A stretch of 63,829 nucleotides of DNA, counting the filler, from Vannella sp. (Eukaryota), in the NCBI GenBank assembly GCA_023345925.1. It is 6 parts of 6 records of this genome, joined end to end, with 100 filler letters (N's around TTAATTAATTAA, not from the genome) between each part and the next. Parts side by side here need not be neighbours in the genome. Positions count along the whole stretch, not along the records: positions 35,596 to 40,866 come from JAJQQN010000629.1; positions 40,967 to 56,114 come from JAJQQN010001237.1; 4 more parts are not named here. One strand, written 5' to 3'. Below are positions 35,596-45,784 of the stretch, piece after piece. Position 1 is the first letter of the stretch, and each line of letters starts with the position of its first letter. The notes under the pieces were generated by a model, which saw only the letters and a program-made list of their open reading frames with translations, made no database searches and was not told where the DNA came from. The translations under genes were made by a program, and so were the position numbers.

Positions 35596-35979
35596 TGAAT
35601 GATGAGGACGCCTTCGAAAGAGAGGGAGCAAGTGGAAGTGGCCCTCCTCGGAGGCCCAGTCCTTTGGTGAGGCTCCTTGAGAGTCTGTGAAGAGCGGTGA
35701 AGCTTTTGAGGCAAGAAGAACAATGACAACTTGTTCTCGGTCTGCTTTCACAGCCCAGTGGAGAGCGGTTTCGCCACAGAGGTTGATCGTGTCGACCTCA
35801 ACGCCTTCTTGCTTCAACAAGAACATCACAAAGCGGGGATCCTTTCGTAAAGCAGCGTAGTGAAGAGCAGTGCTTCCCGTGTCCGTCAAATCATGAATAT
35901 AGTCTACCAGGAGAGTAAGCTCGCTCTCACAGAAGGGCTTTGTCACCAAAGCTCGCAGGAGGGGGTTCCACTCTCTCAT
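35596..35979 (-). CDS. Ankyrin-repeat protein (3' truncated; upstream exons probably extend to about 36300)
   Basis: TGSTALHYAA, GETALHWAV, GASPKDWA ankyrin consensus. Confidence 0.85.
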
Positions 35980-36355
35980 ATGCTCGGAAAGTAATGGACA
36001 GGAACCTGCGAGACCAACAAAAGAGATCTAGTCTGTTGAACCAATCATTGGAGGTTGCCCGGAGTTGTTCTTTGAGTTTCTTGCCGGTTTCAAAGAAGCC
36101 AACTCAACTTGGTCCGGCAAGGACCTCCAGAGACTTCCGATAGTACCACAGATTCCTCCTTGGTGCAACGATGTCCACCAATCGGAGTTTCTTTCCTGAA
36201 AGGGATGTTGGTCCATCGTAACCATCGAAGAGGGAGCATTTGCAACAGCTTTCAGTCCTATCGCCTCGAAGAATGACTTTCTGATTGAGCTTTGGAATAG
36301 CAATGGTCAATCGATGGCTTTTCCAGCCAGTTGCATTTTATTCAATGATTCTGAT

Positions 36356-38041
36356 TTAAAGGTTGGATGGAGTCAGTCCTGACGATGAGCAGCAAAGTGA
36401 CTGGATGGGAGCAGCGCCGGCCTTTTCCGAACAAAAACAAGAAGCTCGGACGACTTGGTCACTGCGAGCTGTTGCAAGGTGCAAAGAGGAGCGAATGTGG
36501 CGTTCGATCTCTTTTTGGTTGGAAAGGAATGAGGGGTCTGCCAAGAGGCATTCCAGCTGTCCAGAAAGACTCCAAAGGTTGTTGCGGTATTGGCCCAGGT
36601 CTGTTTGATACACTTCCCAGGCATCTTGAACCCTTCCTTGTTCCAATAAAAGTGCACCAAGGGCATGGCGAGGAGGAATCATCCAGCCCCAGGGCTCGTC
36701 ATAAACGAGATTGTCTGAAACAGTCACCGCCTTCTCGAGGTGTTTGAATGCGTTCTCGAACTGGCCTTTCCGATAGAGAATCTCCCCTTCCAGCATGTGG
36801 ATTCCCACTTTTAAAGTGCCTTCGCCATCCTTCAGGACAAAGTTGTTGATCATCATTCTTTCCGCCATCAATGGATGCTCCAGGGCGTCCATGAAAGCTT
36901 TTTGCTCCGCTTCTGCTTCCTCTATTCTCCCCAAGGATGCAAAAGTGATGCCTCTTGCATAATGGGCTGTGGCTAACGAGACAGGATAGAGATTTTGATC
37001 TTTCGGCAAGTCGGCACTCAGAATCTCGTCCCACTTTCCGAACCGGATGAACACATGCCAAAGCACAGAGTAGAATGCTTCCAGTATCTGAGCACCAGGC
37101 ATGTCTTGGACAAGATCTGGAGTGAGCTCGTCCTGCAACATGAGGGCATGTTGCTTTGCTAAACCGTATTGTCCATCAAACATCGCAGCCCAGCAACAGA
37201 AATGGATGTTATGGAGTCTATACATCTTGTAGAAGTCTTTGGTATGCCCTGTTTGTAGTACATAACGCTGGTCAGCGGCAATCGCAGCGACATTCGAAGC
37301 AATTGCCGCTTCATAGTGGCCCAGCCACATGTCAATGTGAGACGGCATGTGAAGAAGATGGCCTTGGTCTGGAGCGATCTCGCGTAGGAGGTCAGCAGCC
37401 GGCTTTGCCAGTTCAGGAGAAGCGGAAAGTTCCATCAAATGAATATACAAGTGAAGAAGCCCCAGATCCTTCGGGTGCTCTTCCAAGCCCTCTTCAAGCA
37501 CTTCTTTGGCTTTCAGTGTTTCATTAGGGAAGTTTCCATCCCCATCTAAGGTCCAAAGTCGCCAGGGGTTGACATTCATCAACGCCTCCGTGAACATTTG
37601 GCACACAAGCGAGTCCTTTCGATACTCCTGATGGACAGTCTCCATAGCGGTAAGATAACTATTTTCTCTTGTAACGATTGTATCGTCTGTATCGCCCGCC
37701 AGCGCGCTGCCATACCGAGATTGAAGAGCCAGAATGAGTGCAGATTGGACTGAAGTTGCGTAGGAGACAAGTTTAAGAGCTTCACAGGAGTGAATGATAG
37801 CATGCTTTCGACTGAGTCCAACTGGATCGTTGTAGTTGATACCATTGGCCACGGCAATGGCCCAATGTGCAATAGCCAACATGGCATCCTCCTCCAACGC
37901 CCGCTTGAAGCAACGGATGGCCTCTTCATGATGAAACCCCTGAGCTTGAAGAACACCAGCAGCGAACCACTTGTTCGCTCCCTCCACCTCACTCACAACC
38001 GCCCAGCAATTCCCACTCCCGCCCAACTCTCCCCCCAGCAT
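36356..38041 (-). CDS. TPR-like helical protein of a conserved bacterial/fungal family with His-rich motifs, intronless
   Basis: GFHHEEAIRCF, GINYN, GLLHLYIHLME, GHLLHMPSHID, LVYDEPWGW..PPRHALGALLLEQGR, C-terminal ASCFC. Confidence 0.82.
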   Translation of the reverse strand: MLGGELGGSGNCWAVVSEVEGANKWFAAGVLQAQGFHHEEAIRCFKRALEEDAMLAIAHWAIAVANGINYNDPVGLSRKHAIIHSCEALKLVSYATSVQSALILALQSRYGSALAGDTDDTIVTRENSYLTAMETVHQEYRKDSLVCQMFTEALMNVNPWRLWTLDGDGNFPNETLKAKEVLEEGLEEHPKDLGLLHLYIHLMELSASPELAKPAADLLREIAPDQGHLLHMPSHIDMWLGHYEAAIASNVAAIAADQRYVLQTGHTKDFYKMYRLHNIHFCCWAAMFDGQYGLAKQHALMLQDELTPDLVQDMPGAQILEAFYSVLWHVFIRFGKWDEILSADLPKDQNLYPVSLATAHYARGITFASLGRIEEAEAEQKAFMDALEHPLMAERMMINNFVLKDGEGTLKVGIHMLEGEILYRKGQFENAFKHLEKAVTVSDNLVYDEPWGWMIPPRHALGALLLEQGRVQDAWEVYQTDLGQYRNNLWSLSGQLECLLADPSFLSNQKEIERHIRSSLHLATARSDQVVRASCFCSEKAGAAPIQSLCCSSSGLTPSNL

Positions 38042-38145
38042 TCCCAAAGAATGGCCTGGAGACGCTCATCTTTGGACCAAAGTTTCGTTAAAGTGAGTTT
38101 TATTGTTAGGAAAAGTCATTTCTTTCAACAACCGACAGAGGAGTC

Positions 38146-40031
38146 ATGGCGGAGCGTTTGTTTGGCCGCTTGGCCGCTCACATGCCGCTCCCTTCGCCAA
38201 AGAAGCTAGCGGTAGGAGGCTGGTGAAAGGGTGCTTGGAGGAGCTAACAAGGGGGGTGGGAAGACGATCCCAAGTACGATTAGCTTCCAAGAGCTCGAGT
38301 TCTTCCCGGAAGACATTATAGACTCGGGGAACTTTGGTTCTGTCTACTTTGGCAAGGTCCGAGAGCTCCCAGCTGCCATCAAAGTCCTTAAAGAGACCAA
38401 AATGACCCCAGAATCGATGGAAACGTTCATCCGTGAGGTCGAGATCGTCAAGTACGCTCCCTACAGCTCTCTCCTTCTCTTCTACCATGACTTAATCTTC
38501 CTCTCTCTTACTAGGAACAACTCACACCCGAACATCGTCCGTTACCTCGGTGTCTGCGCTGAACCGGGCAAGTTTGTCATTGTGATGGAGTATATCCCTG
38601 GTGGGAACCTCCATCAGCTCCTGACTGATAAGAAGCGTGTCATATCAACCTTCCAGTTGATGAAGATCGCAAAGGAAGTCGCTTTGGGGATGAATTGGCT
38701 GCACGGTGCGAAGCCGCCCATCATTCATCGCGATTTGAAGCTGAACAACGTTCTTCTGGAGGCTGATCTCACTGCCAAGATATGTGACTTTGGTTTGTCT
38801 GTAAGTACTCACCTTTTGAGCCTCTGTCGGGTCCCCTGAGCCTTGTACGTAGCAAGAGAAGCTCTCACCAAAGGAGAAGGACCCTTCCTCTGGTGCCAAG
38901 GGTACTCCACTTTGGATGGCACCTGAAGTACTTCGAATGGAACCCTTTGATGAGAAGTCTGACGTCTACAGCATGGGCTTGCTCGTTTGGTCGCTGCTCA
39001 CAAGAAAGGAACCTTTTGAGGAGTTCCACGCGCTCGAGCCCTTCTTCAAAGCGGTCTGTGAAAGGAATCAGCGTCCTCCTATTCCCTCAGGTACTCTCCC
39101 TCGCTTAGCACGCTTGATAGAGGCCATGTGGGCTCCTCTGGCATCGGACCGACCTTCCTTTACCAAAGTCATCAAGCAGATGCACCACATTCTCGTCGAG
39201 ACTGCTGTCTCTGACCCAGACGCGCAGGAGTTCTGGAAGTGCTTCTGTCTGGAGCGGGTGCAGATCTATTGGGCGGACTTTGTGGACTGTTTCTTGAACG
39301 AATTCGTCTACTTGCCGCAGGAGGGTGCCACAATGGAGCAGATTAATGCTGCTACAGACTTGCAGCTCAGTGAATTCAGCAGTCGCTCAACACCTAACGC
39401 ATCTGTGGTCAGCGGAGTGTTCAAGCAGCGTTATGGCAACCCGAATGCACCTGATACCGTATCTGAAGATGAGAAGGAACTGATTGTTAGCGTCAAGTGT
39501 GCCAGAGCTCTTCTCCACCACTTGATAGGCGGTGAGGAAATGATTGACCTCGAACGATTCGGAAGTATTCTGGGTTGGTTTGGCCCTCTGAAGGACAAAG
39601 ATGGAAAGAGCCGCTTCTTCGAAAGGGTCAGTGGGTAAACTTGAGTGTCGGAAAGAGGGGACTAACCTTTGAATAAGATGTACGAAACACTCCAGAACGA
39701 CTCTTTCCACGGGTTCATCAGCGCTCCAGAAGCTCAGGCAGAACTTGTTCGTAACTCACGCCCTGGTTTGTTCCTTGTCCGGTTCAGCAGTCAGCCAGGA
39801 CAATACGCCATCTCTTACATCACAGACAAGGGCGTTATCAATCACACTCGCATCAACTATGCTTTGGGACGTGGATTCCAATACCGCGATTCATTCTATC
39901 TCACATTATCTGGTCTCATCAGTGCTATTGCACCGGAACTCAAACTCACTTCAGCATGTCCCGGTTCGAAGTATCGCATCCTCTTTACCGAACCTGTCGG
40001 TCCAGTTCTATACCGCACTGTAGCGGCTTGA
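38146..40031 (+). CDS. Tyrosine-kinase-like kinase with C-terminal SH2 domain (Shk family), multi-exon
   Basis: SGNFGSVY, AIKVL, IIHRDLKLNNVLL, ICDFGLS, GTPLWMAPEVL. SH2: FHGFIS...GLFLVRFSS..GQYAIS. Same architecture as Dictyostelium ShkA-E. Confidence 0.92.
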
Positions 40032-40098
40032 TCCCCTTCACTCCATACGCGTCCCTTTGTCATCATTCTCACATTGCCAGAGCAAATAAAGGGCTTTC

Positions 40099-40866
40099 TC
40101 ACACAAAGTGTCTATTGGGGGGTTTCTGCCGGAACAAGCTTCCCAATGTGGTCTCGCATTAGGTTCTCTATGATGAATTGGGCATTGAGAAGGTCATTGC
40201 TTTCAGCTCGAAGAAGAGCTGCGTCTTCAGAGATGTTCCCTAACCCAGTTTGCCTTTTGAGAGACAGTTCGGTATTAGCAGCTTAGCTTACACTTCTCCT
40301 GATGGCGCTTAACAAGTCTTTGCTTGCAGAGATCTAAAGAGCAGTCGATATACCAGCATTCTGACATCTCCTTCGTGATATCCTTCCACGCCCCTTCGTT
40401 TAACAGCAGATACAAGCCCTCTACCACCACTATTCGATGTCTAATCGATGTGAGACCAACTATTAGATCCTTTCACTCACTACAGACTCTCTTTTGATCT
40501 CGATGGCGCCCTCCTGAGGATCACCAACTCTAGAAGGGCGGTTAGGAACCTCTTTTCAGCAGCAGGAAGTGACTTGCCCATGGTCAAAGTCAGGTACAAA
40601 GCCACAGTTGTCTCTTTTGATGGAGCAGATGTCTTGGAGCATCCTCTGCGGGTCGAAGGTAAACGGGGCACCTCTCCGCTTCAATAAAAGTTCGCCATTC
40701 TCGAGAGAGCGAAGCTCTTCTCTACGGATGTGGTAACCATCCATTGGATAGATAACTGCAACATCTTCTGCCAGCTCTCCATGCTCCTGGCGATGGCGTG
40801 TGTTGATATAATCAACAATCTGTCTGGCCATCGTCGACTTTCCAGCCCCTGGGACCTGATCCACCC
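40099..40866 (-). CDS. P-loop kinase of the phosphoribulokinase/uridine/pantothenate kinase-like (YFH7/YggC) family, 5' truncated
   Basis: PGAGKST, PMDGYH, RRGAPFTFD, PDFDH, HRIVVVEGLYLLL, RLVKRH, RAESNDLLNA. Confidence 0.88.
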
Positions 40867-40966
40867 NNNNNNNNNNNNNNNNNNNNNNNNNNNNNNNNNN
40901 NNNNNNNNNNTTAATTAATTAANNNNNNNNNNNNNNNNNNNNNNNNNNNNNNNNNNNNNNNNNNNN
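40867..40966. other. Artificial contig linker
   Basis: N44-TTAATTAATTAA-N44. Confidence 0.98.
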
Positions 40967-41292
40967 CAAGCTTGCTTATTAATTTTTCATTGCGCATTCA
41001 ATGGTTATTTCAGAATTTGAAACTGAGGAAATCCGTCATTTGTACGCGCCGTGAGGAGCTTTAGAGGAGTTAGACATCTGCCACATGTTCGAACGAAGGC
41101 TCCCGTCTCATCTCGCTTTGAAGGTCGATGGAGACATCCTGAACTTGTACTGGCATCAATGGGCGTGTTTTCTAAGCCTCCACAGGTCTGTTGCTGAAGA
41201 CAAAGCTTGAAGAGACCTTTGTACAGTGTGTGTGCCTGTCCGATCAATCAACGCCAATGTTTACAACAGGCTGCGATATCCATGATTTGAAT

Positions 41293-41512
41293 CAGGGATG
41301 GTTATGGCTAAGTTTTTAAAAGCCGTAAGGATTCCGGGGTGGCAGTATCTTCGTGTGGCTACGCAATAACCATCCCTAAAATCCTTCAGTAGTATTGTTC
41401 TTTGATCCTAATCTATCAGCAGTGGTTATGGTTCTGCCAGAAGAAGCAATAGCCACCCCGAAGACACCCGAAATCCTTAGCGACTTTTGAAAACTAGCCG
41501 CTACCATCCCTG
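41293..41512. mobile_element. 220-bp non-autonomous hAT-type DNA transposon (MITE) with 8-bp target-site duplication
   Basis: Ends CAGGGATGGT...ACCATCCCTG with imperfect inverted similarity extending about 50-60 bp. Flanked by a perfect direct repeat ATTTGAAT (41285-41292 and 41513-41520). (C/T)AGGG termini with an 8-bp TSD are hAT hallmarks. Confidence 0.9.
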
Positions 41513-41644
41513 ATTTGAATGCAAACAAAAGGAATGATCGAAAAAGAACTTTAAATAAGAAAGTTTTCGGCTGATCGGATCGTTTTTATCGAATGATAGA
41601 ATTTTCGGATGACATGATTGGTCAATTTGAGCCGCCCTCGCTGC

Positions 41645-43621
41645 ATGGGACCCTTTCTGGAGGGAGAGCAGTTGGAGTTCGCCAGGAGACTCCCTTTGGA
41701 TGGACTGAGAGGAGTGTTTGTGCTTGTGGTGATCCTCTTCCATTTGGACTTCAAATGGATCCGCGTTGGGTACGTGGGCGTGGACGCTTTCTTTGTCCTT
41801 TCAGGCTTCGTCATCACCAGCATCCTGGCGATGAAGCAGCCCATCGTCTCAGGACGATCCTTCTCGTTCAGCAACTTCTACGCTCGCAGATGCAAGCGAC
41901 TTCTTCCCGTCTCCGCGTTTGTGCTTCTCTCCACTGCCGCAGCCACTCGCCTCCTCACAACTGCGGCCACCATCCATCGGCTGCGAGCAGCCTTCTTGAG
42001 TACCAGTGCGTACAGTGAGAACTGGTACCTTGTGTGGTCGAGCCGAGACTACTTCTCTCAAGGAACGGGACGCAGTCCCGTCCTCCACTTCTGGTCCTTG
42101 GCGGTGGAAGAGCAGTTCTACTTGGCGTGGCCATTGCTGGTGTATCTGGCGTACAAGCTTGGAGGAAGCCACCAACGAGTGCTCCTCTTTGCGATCGGCC
42201 TTCTGGTGCTCTGCTGTGCATTCACTCTCGCTTGCGCCTTCCAAGAAGTTCCTTCCAGCCTGCTTTATTATGGCACTCAATTTCGTGTCTACCAACTGCT
42301 GGTGGGAGCCTGCCTGGCGTTGTGGCAGCTGTCCAAGTCTGAAAGGGAAGTAAATCAGCTGTCAGGGCCCTTTTCCAGCACGATGTCCGTCATCGGATTG
42401 GCCTCCTTTCTCCTGCTTTGTTTCTATCCAAATGAGATCGCGCCCTTGCTGGCCGGAGCGATTGCAACGGGATGCATGACCCTCATGATCATCGGCTTTG
42501 AGCGCAACTCTTCGAACTTTGCTGCGGAAGCACTCAGCAGCCCACTTTTCCAAAGGCTTGGACTGTACTCTTACTCGATGTACCTTTGGCACTATCCTCT
42601 GATCTTTGCGGACGAAATGACGCGTCCCTTTGACACGGAAATGGATTTAGTTCGAGGAGTCTTCTTGATTTTAGCGACGATAGTGTGTGCAGCAGTCTCG
42701 AGAGTTCTAATCGAGAAGCCATTACAGAATCTGAGGATCTCATCGAGATCAGTATTGGTTGTGGGGGTGATTCTCTCTCTTTTTGTGAGCTCAGGCACTT
42801 TCGTTCTTCTCTCGGATGCGTCAAAAGGAACAATCGCAAGGGACCAAGGGATTCTGGATTTCGAGGATCATGAAAGTACTGATTCTTCGTTACCATCAAC
42901 TGACTCTGAAGGCCGAGAGACTGCGGGGCTTGGACCCGCGTTGATGGTGGGAGATTCCTATTTGGAAGAATGGACGTATACGAGAGTACTCGACAACATC
43001 AAACGAAAGAGAGGAATTGAAATCGAATTCGCAATGGTAGTTGCAACGCCTTGGATGAAGGTGACACCAGATTGGACGGGAGGGAAGCCTCGCGTAGAAT
43101 TCCCTCAAGAGACGCTTTGGGATGCTATCAATCGCCAGCCTCCCCCGAAGTCATTAATTCTATTTTCCCATTCCTTCTCTTCTCATCTCCGGCTTCGCTC
43201 CGCATCCGATCCAGAATCACCCTGGACTGAGAGACTTACCCCAGAGTGGAAGACTGTTTTGAAAGAAGGAGCCAAAGAGGCACTCAAGGATGTATCAGAA
43301 TGGACCAGAATCGTAATAGTCCTCCCTCACATGAATCTGGTGGGAGCTGGAATGGAAAAATGCCTCCAAAATGGTAGTCCAAGGTGCTCTGCCAAGGCCA
43401 GCAAGGAGGAAGGATATTGGGAAGCCCGCGCAACTTTAGCGGAGTTCGCAAAAGAGAACCAAATTACCGTTCTGAACATGGACGAATTCATTTGTCCCAA
43501 GAAAGTATGTCAAAATGTTGTCAAGGGCAATCAACAGTTCCGAGACGAAGTACACATCTCCCCTGATTATGCGTTATTTGTTGCTCCTCAATTCGAAGCC
43601 CTTCTCGGTCACTATTTGTAG
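41645..43621 (+). CDS. Acyltransferase-3 + SGNH fusion (OatA/OafA/YrhL-like O-acyltransferase), intronless
   Basis: LDGLRG, GYVGVDAFFVLSGFVIT, FYARRCKRLLP, HFWSLAVEEQFY, SYSMYLWH. SGNH block I VGDSY and block V FRDEVHIS. Confidence 0.93.
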   Translation: MGPFLEGEQLEFARRLPLDGLRGVFVLVVILFHLDFKWIRVGYVGVDAFFVLSGFVITSILAMKQPIVSGRSFSFSNFYARRCKRLLPVSAFVLLSTAAATRLLTTAATIHRLRAAFLSTSAYSENWYLVWSSRDYFSQGTGRSPVLHFWSLAVEEQFYLAWPLLVYLAYKLGGSHQRVLLFAIGLLVLCCAFTLACAFQEVPSSLLYYGTQFRVYQLLVGACLALWQLSKSEREVNQLSGPFSSTMSVIGLASFLLLCFYPNEIAPLLAGAIATGCMTLMIIGFERNSSNFAAEALSSPLFQRLGLYSYSMYLWHYPLIFADEMTRPFDTEMDLVRGVFLILATIVCAAVSRVLIEKPLQNLRISSRSVLVVGVILSLFVSSGTFVLLSDASKGTIARDQGILDFEDHESTDSSLPSTDSEGRETAGLGPALMVGDSYLEEWTYTRVLDNIKRKRGIEIEFAMVVATPWMKVTPDWTGGKPRVEFPQETLWDAINRQPPPKSLILFSHSFSSHLRLRSASDPESPWTERLTPEWKTVLKEGAKEALKDVSEWTRIVIVLPHMNLVGAGMEKCLQNGSPRCSAKASKEEGYWEARATLAEFAKENQITVLNMDEFICPKKVCQNVVKGNQQFRDEVHISPDYALFVAPQFEALLGHYL

Positions 43622-44001
43622 GGTGCAAAGCCCATTGTGCTGAGAGGCCCCAAAACCAAGAAAGTGGTGATTGCGGATATCACAAAAAGTTATAGTTATC
43701 ACGTAAATCCCCTTCTCGTCAACCCTGTGCTTGGTGCAGGCCACTGGAGAAGAGGCAATGGATGATTTCTTTGCACTTTACCAATTCCGATTCTAAGCAT
43801 AATCACGTGAGAGAGGACTGTCACGATTCCACAATGGGATTCAATGGCGGCCAGGTACAGTTGACCTTTTCGAGAGTTAGTCTGAAAGAATTGATTCATA
43901 TCAATAGGAATGATGCTGTACCATATGGCTAACAGGTAAAGTCTTTCATTGGGCAAGTAGGAAAGGGGATTCATGATTTGGAGGGAAATGGATCCTCTTT
44001 C

Positions 44002-44631
44002 TCATTGTTGGAGAAAAGAGAAGAGATCCTTGATCCTATTTTTGTGTCTTTTTTGTTCGGCAGGAGCGGGATGGAAGGTGTTGACGATGAGTCGTGGGAT
44101 GACTTCAAAGTCCCTTTCAGACTGAGAAGAGCATTCGTGATAGTCCACTGCCCCAAGTTCTCTTGCCATTTCCTTTCCTTCACTCCAAGTGACAGCCCGT
44201 TCTCCTCTTTCTAGTGTAGTTTCTGACAAGATAGGGTCCCCATTACCATCCGCTTTGGTTCCCACGAGCAGGAACAAAGTGTCCGGATTGTGCCTTTGAA
44301 TCTCTGGATACCACGCGGTGCGCACGCGCTCAAAAGATTGGCGATCAGTAACAGAGAAGCAAACCAAGAAGAAATCAGTTCCAGGATAGCTCAAAGGACG
44401 TTGGGCATTGTGATCATCCCGTCCTGACGTGTCCCAAAAGGTAAGGCAAACTGCCCTCCTGCAGTCAAGTAGAGAACGGGTTCCTGCCACACAGTGGGAA
44501 CCAACGTAGGATAACACCCTCCACCCAAGGTTTGCAACAGCATAGTCTTCCCCACCAGAGTCGCCCACCACCACCGCGATCCACCGAGAAGATATTGATA
44601 ACTGTGATTCTCAAATGAATCCCTTGAGCAT
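44002..44631 (-). pseudogene. Rho/Rac-family small GTPase, probably a pseudogene (two frameshifts, in-frame stop after the ATG, no CaaX)
   Basis: VVVGDS and FWDTSG..RPLSYPGTDFFLVCFS..VGTKAD..ECSS lie in one frame. VGKTMLL...YPTLVPTV lies in a different frame between about 44556 and 44449. Confidence 0.8.
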
Positions 44632-45695
44632 AAGTCCAAAATTCTGGTAACTAACCGTAGTAGACCCCTGATGAGATGCTCCAGATTTATCGGGGAGTAA
44701 GCCCAACACCGCAGAGAAGAAGTGGTTATTAAGAAATGCTCTAGAATGTAAGAGAAATCTGCTGAGAAAGAGGGCAGATAACTTACCCATCCTCGAACGG
44801 ACAGACTGCTTTAGATATTGCCTTAGAACGCAATTACGGTGATTTTATCGAGCTGCTAGTTTCTCTTGGCGGAGTGTGCGCCAGTGTGAGCTTCTCCAAA
44901 GGAGTGAAACAAAACTCACAAATAGAAACAAACAGAGGTACAGTGAATTTGCCAGTTACATGCTGCAAAAAAAGAAACTGGAACGCCGCAAAAAGCTCAA
45001 GGACATTCCTTCGCAAGAAAGGGAAAGTAGGCGCGGTGCACGCAACACTCCATACATGAGTCATTGATTTGTTACTTGGAGATAACAGATTGAAAGGTGC
45101 TGGTCATGGATGCCACGAGTATGACCATTAAAACGTCTTCCCCAACATGAATGTGCCATGACAGGGTGGCTCCCTAGCTGAACAGATCAGCTGAGGGACC
45201 TCTCCGTTCGTAACCTGGCTGATTTACCGCTGTGGAGGAGCAAGTTATCTGCCACTGGTTATTGACACACCAGATTCATCATAAGACCAAGTTCTGGTCA
45301 GAATTCAACAGATGCTGTCGCTTTCGAGGTTCGAGACGGTCCTGTGGAATCGCGAGTGAATACCTCAGGACTCATAGACGTAGATTTAACACCGCGCGTG
45401 ATGCTTAGTTCCTTTTTGGTAGAGAACGGTATCAGAAGAATTTGGACCAAATCTGCGCTCTGAGACCCTTCTTCACTTTCGGCCAGAAGACGTTTTTACT
45501 GGCCGCCCAGTCTATTTCCATTTCTCCGGATGCTTCGCTTCTGAAGTTAGACTGCACAATCCAACCCTGCTTGAGAAAACTCTTTTCTTATCATTCAAGG
45601 CGAGTAAGCCTGCAGGTGGAGTCTCCAGACTGCTTTGCGCTCCGGAAACAAACAAACAATCACACAAACTGTGGTTCGGACTTTCATCTCGAATT

Positions 45696-45726
45696 TGATT
45701 GATTGACTGATTGATAGATTGATTGA
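45696..45726. repeat. Degenerate (TGAT)n microsatellite
   Basis: tgattgattgactgattgatagattgattga. Confidence 0.75.
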
Positions 45727-45784
45727 GCAAAGGAGTAACTTTGTTTAATGAGGAGAGAAAAAGGGCTTCAGTGCGCTGCAGGAC

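Noticed and set aside
44660..44720. CTGATGAG suggesting a hammerhead ribozyme core
   Set aside because: No correctly placed GAAA and no stems I-III can be formed.
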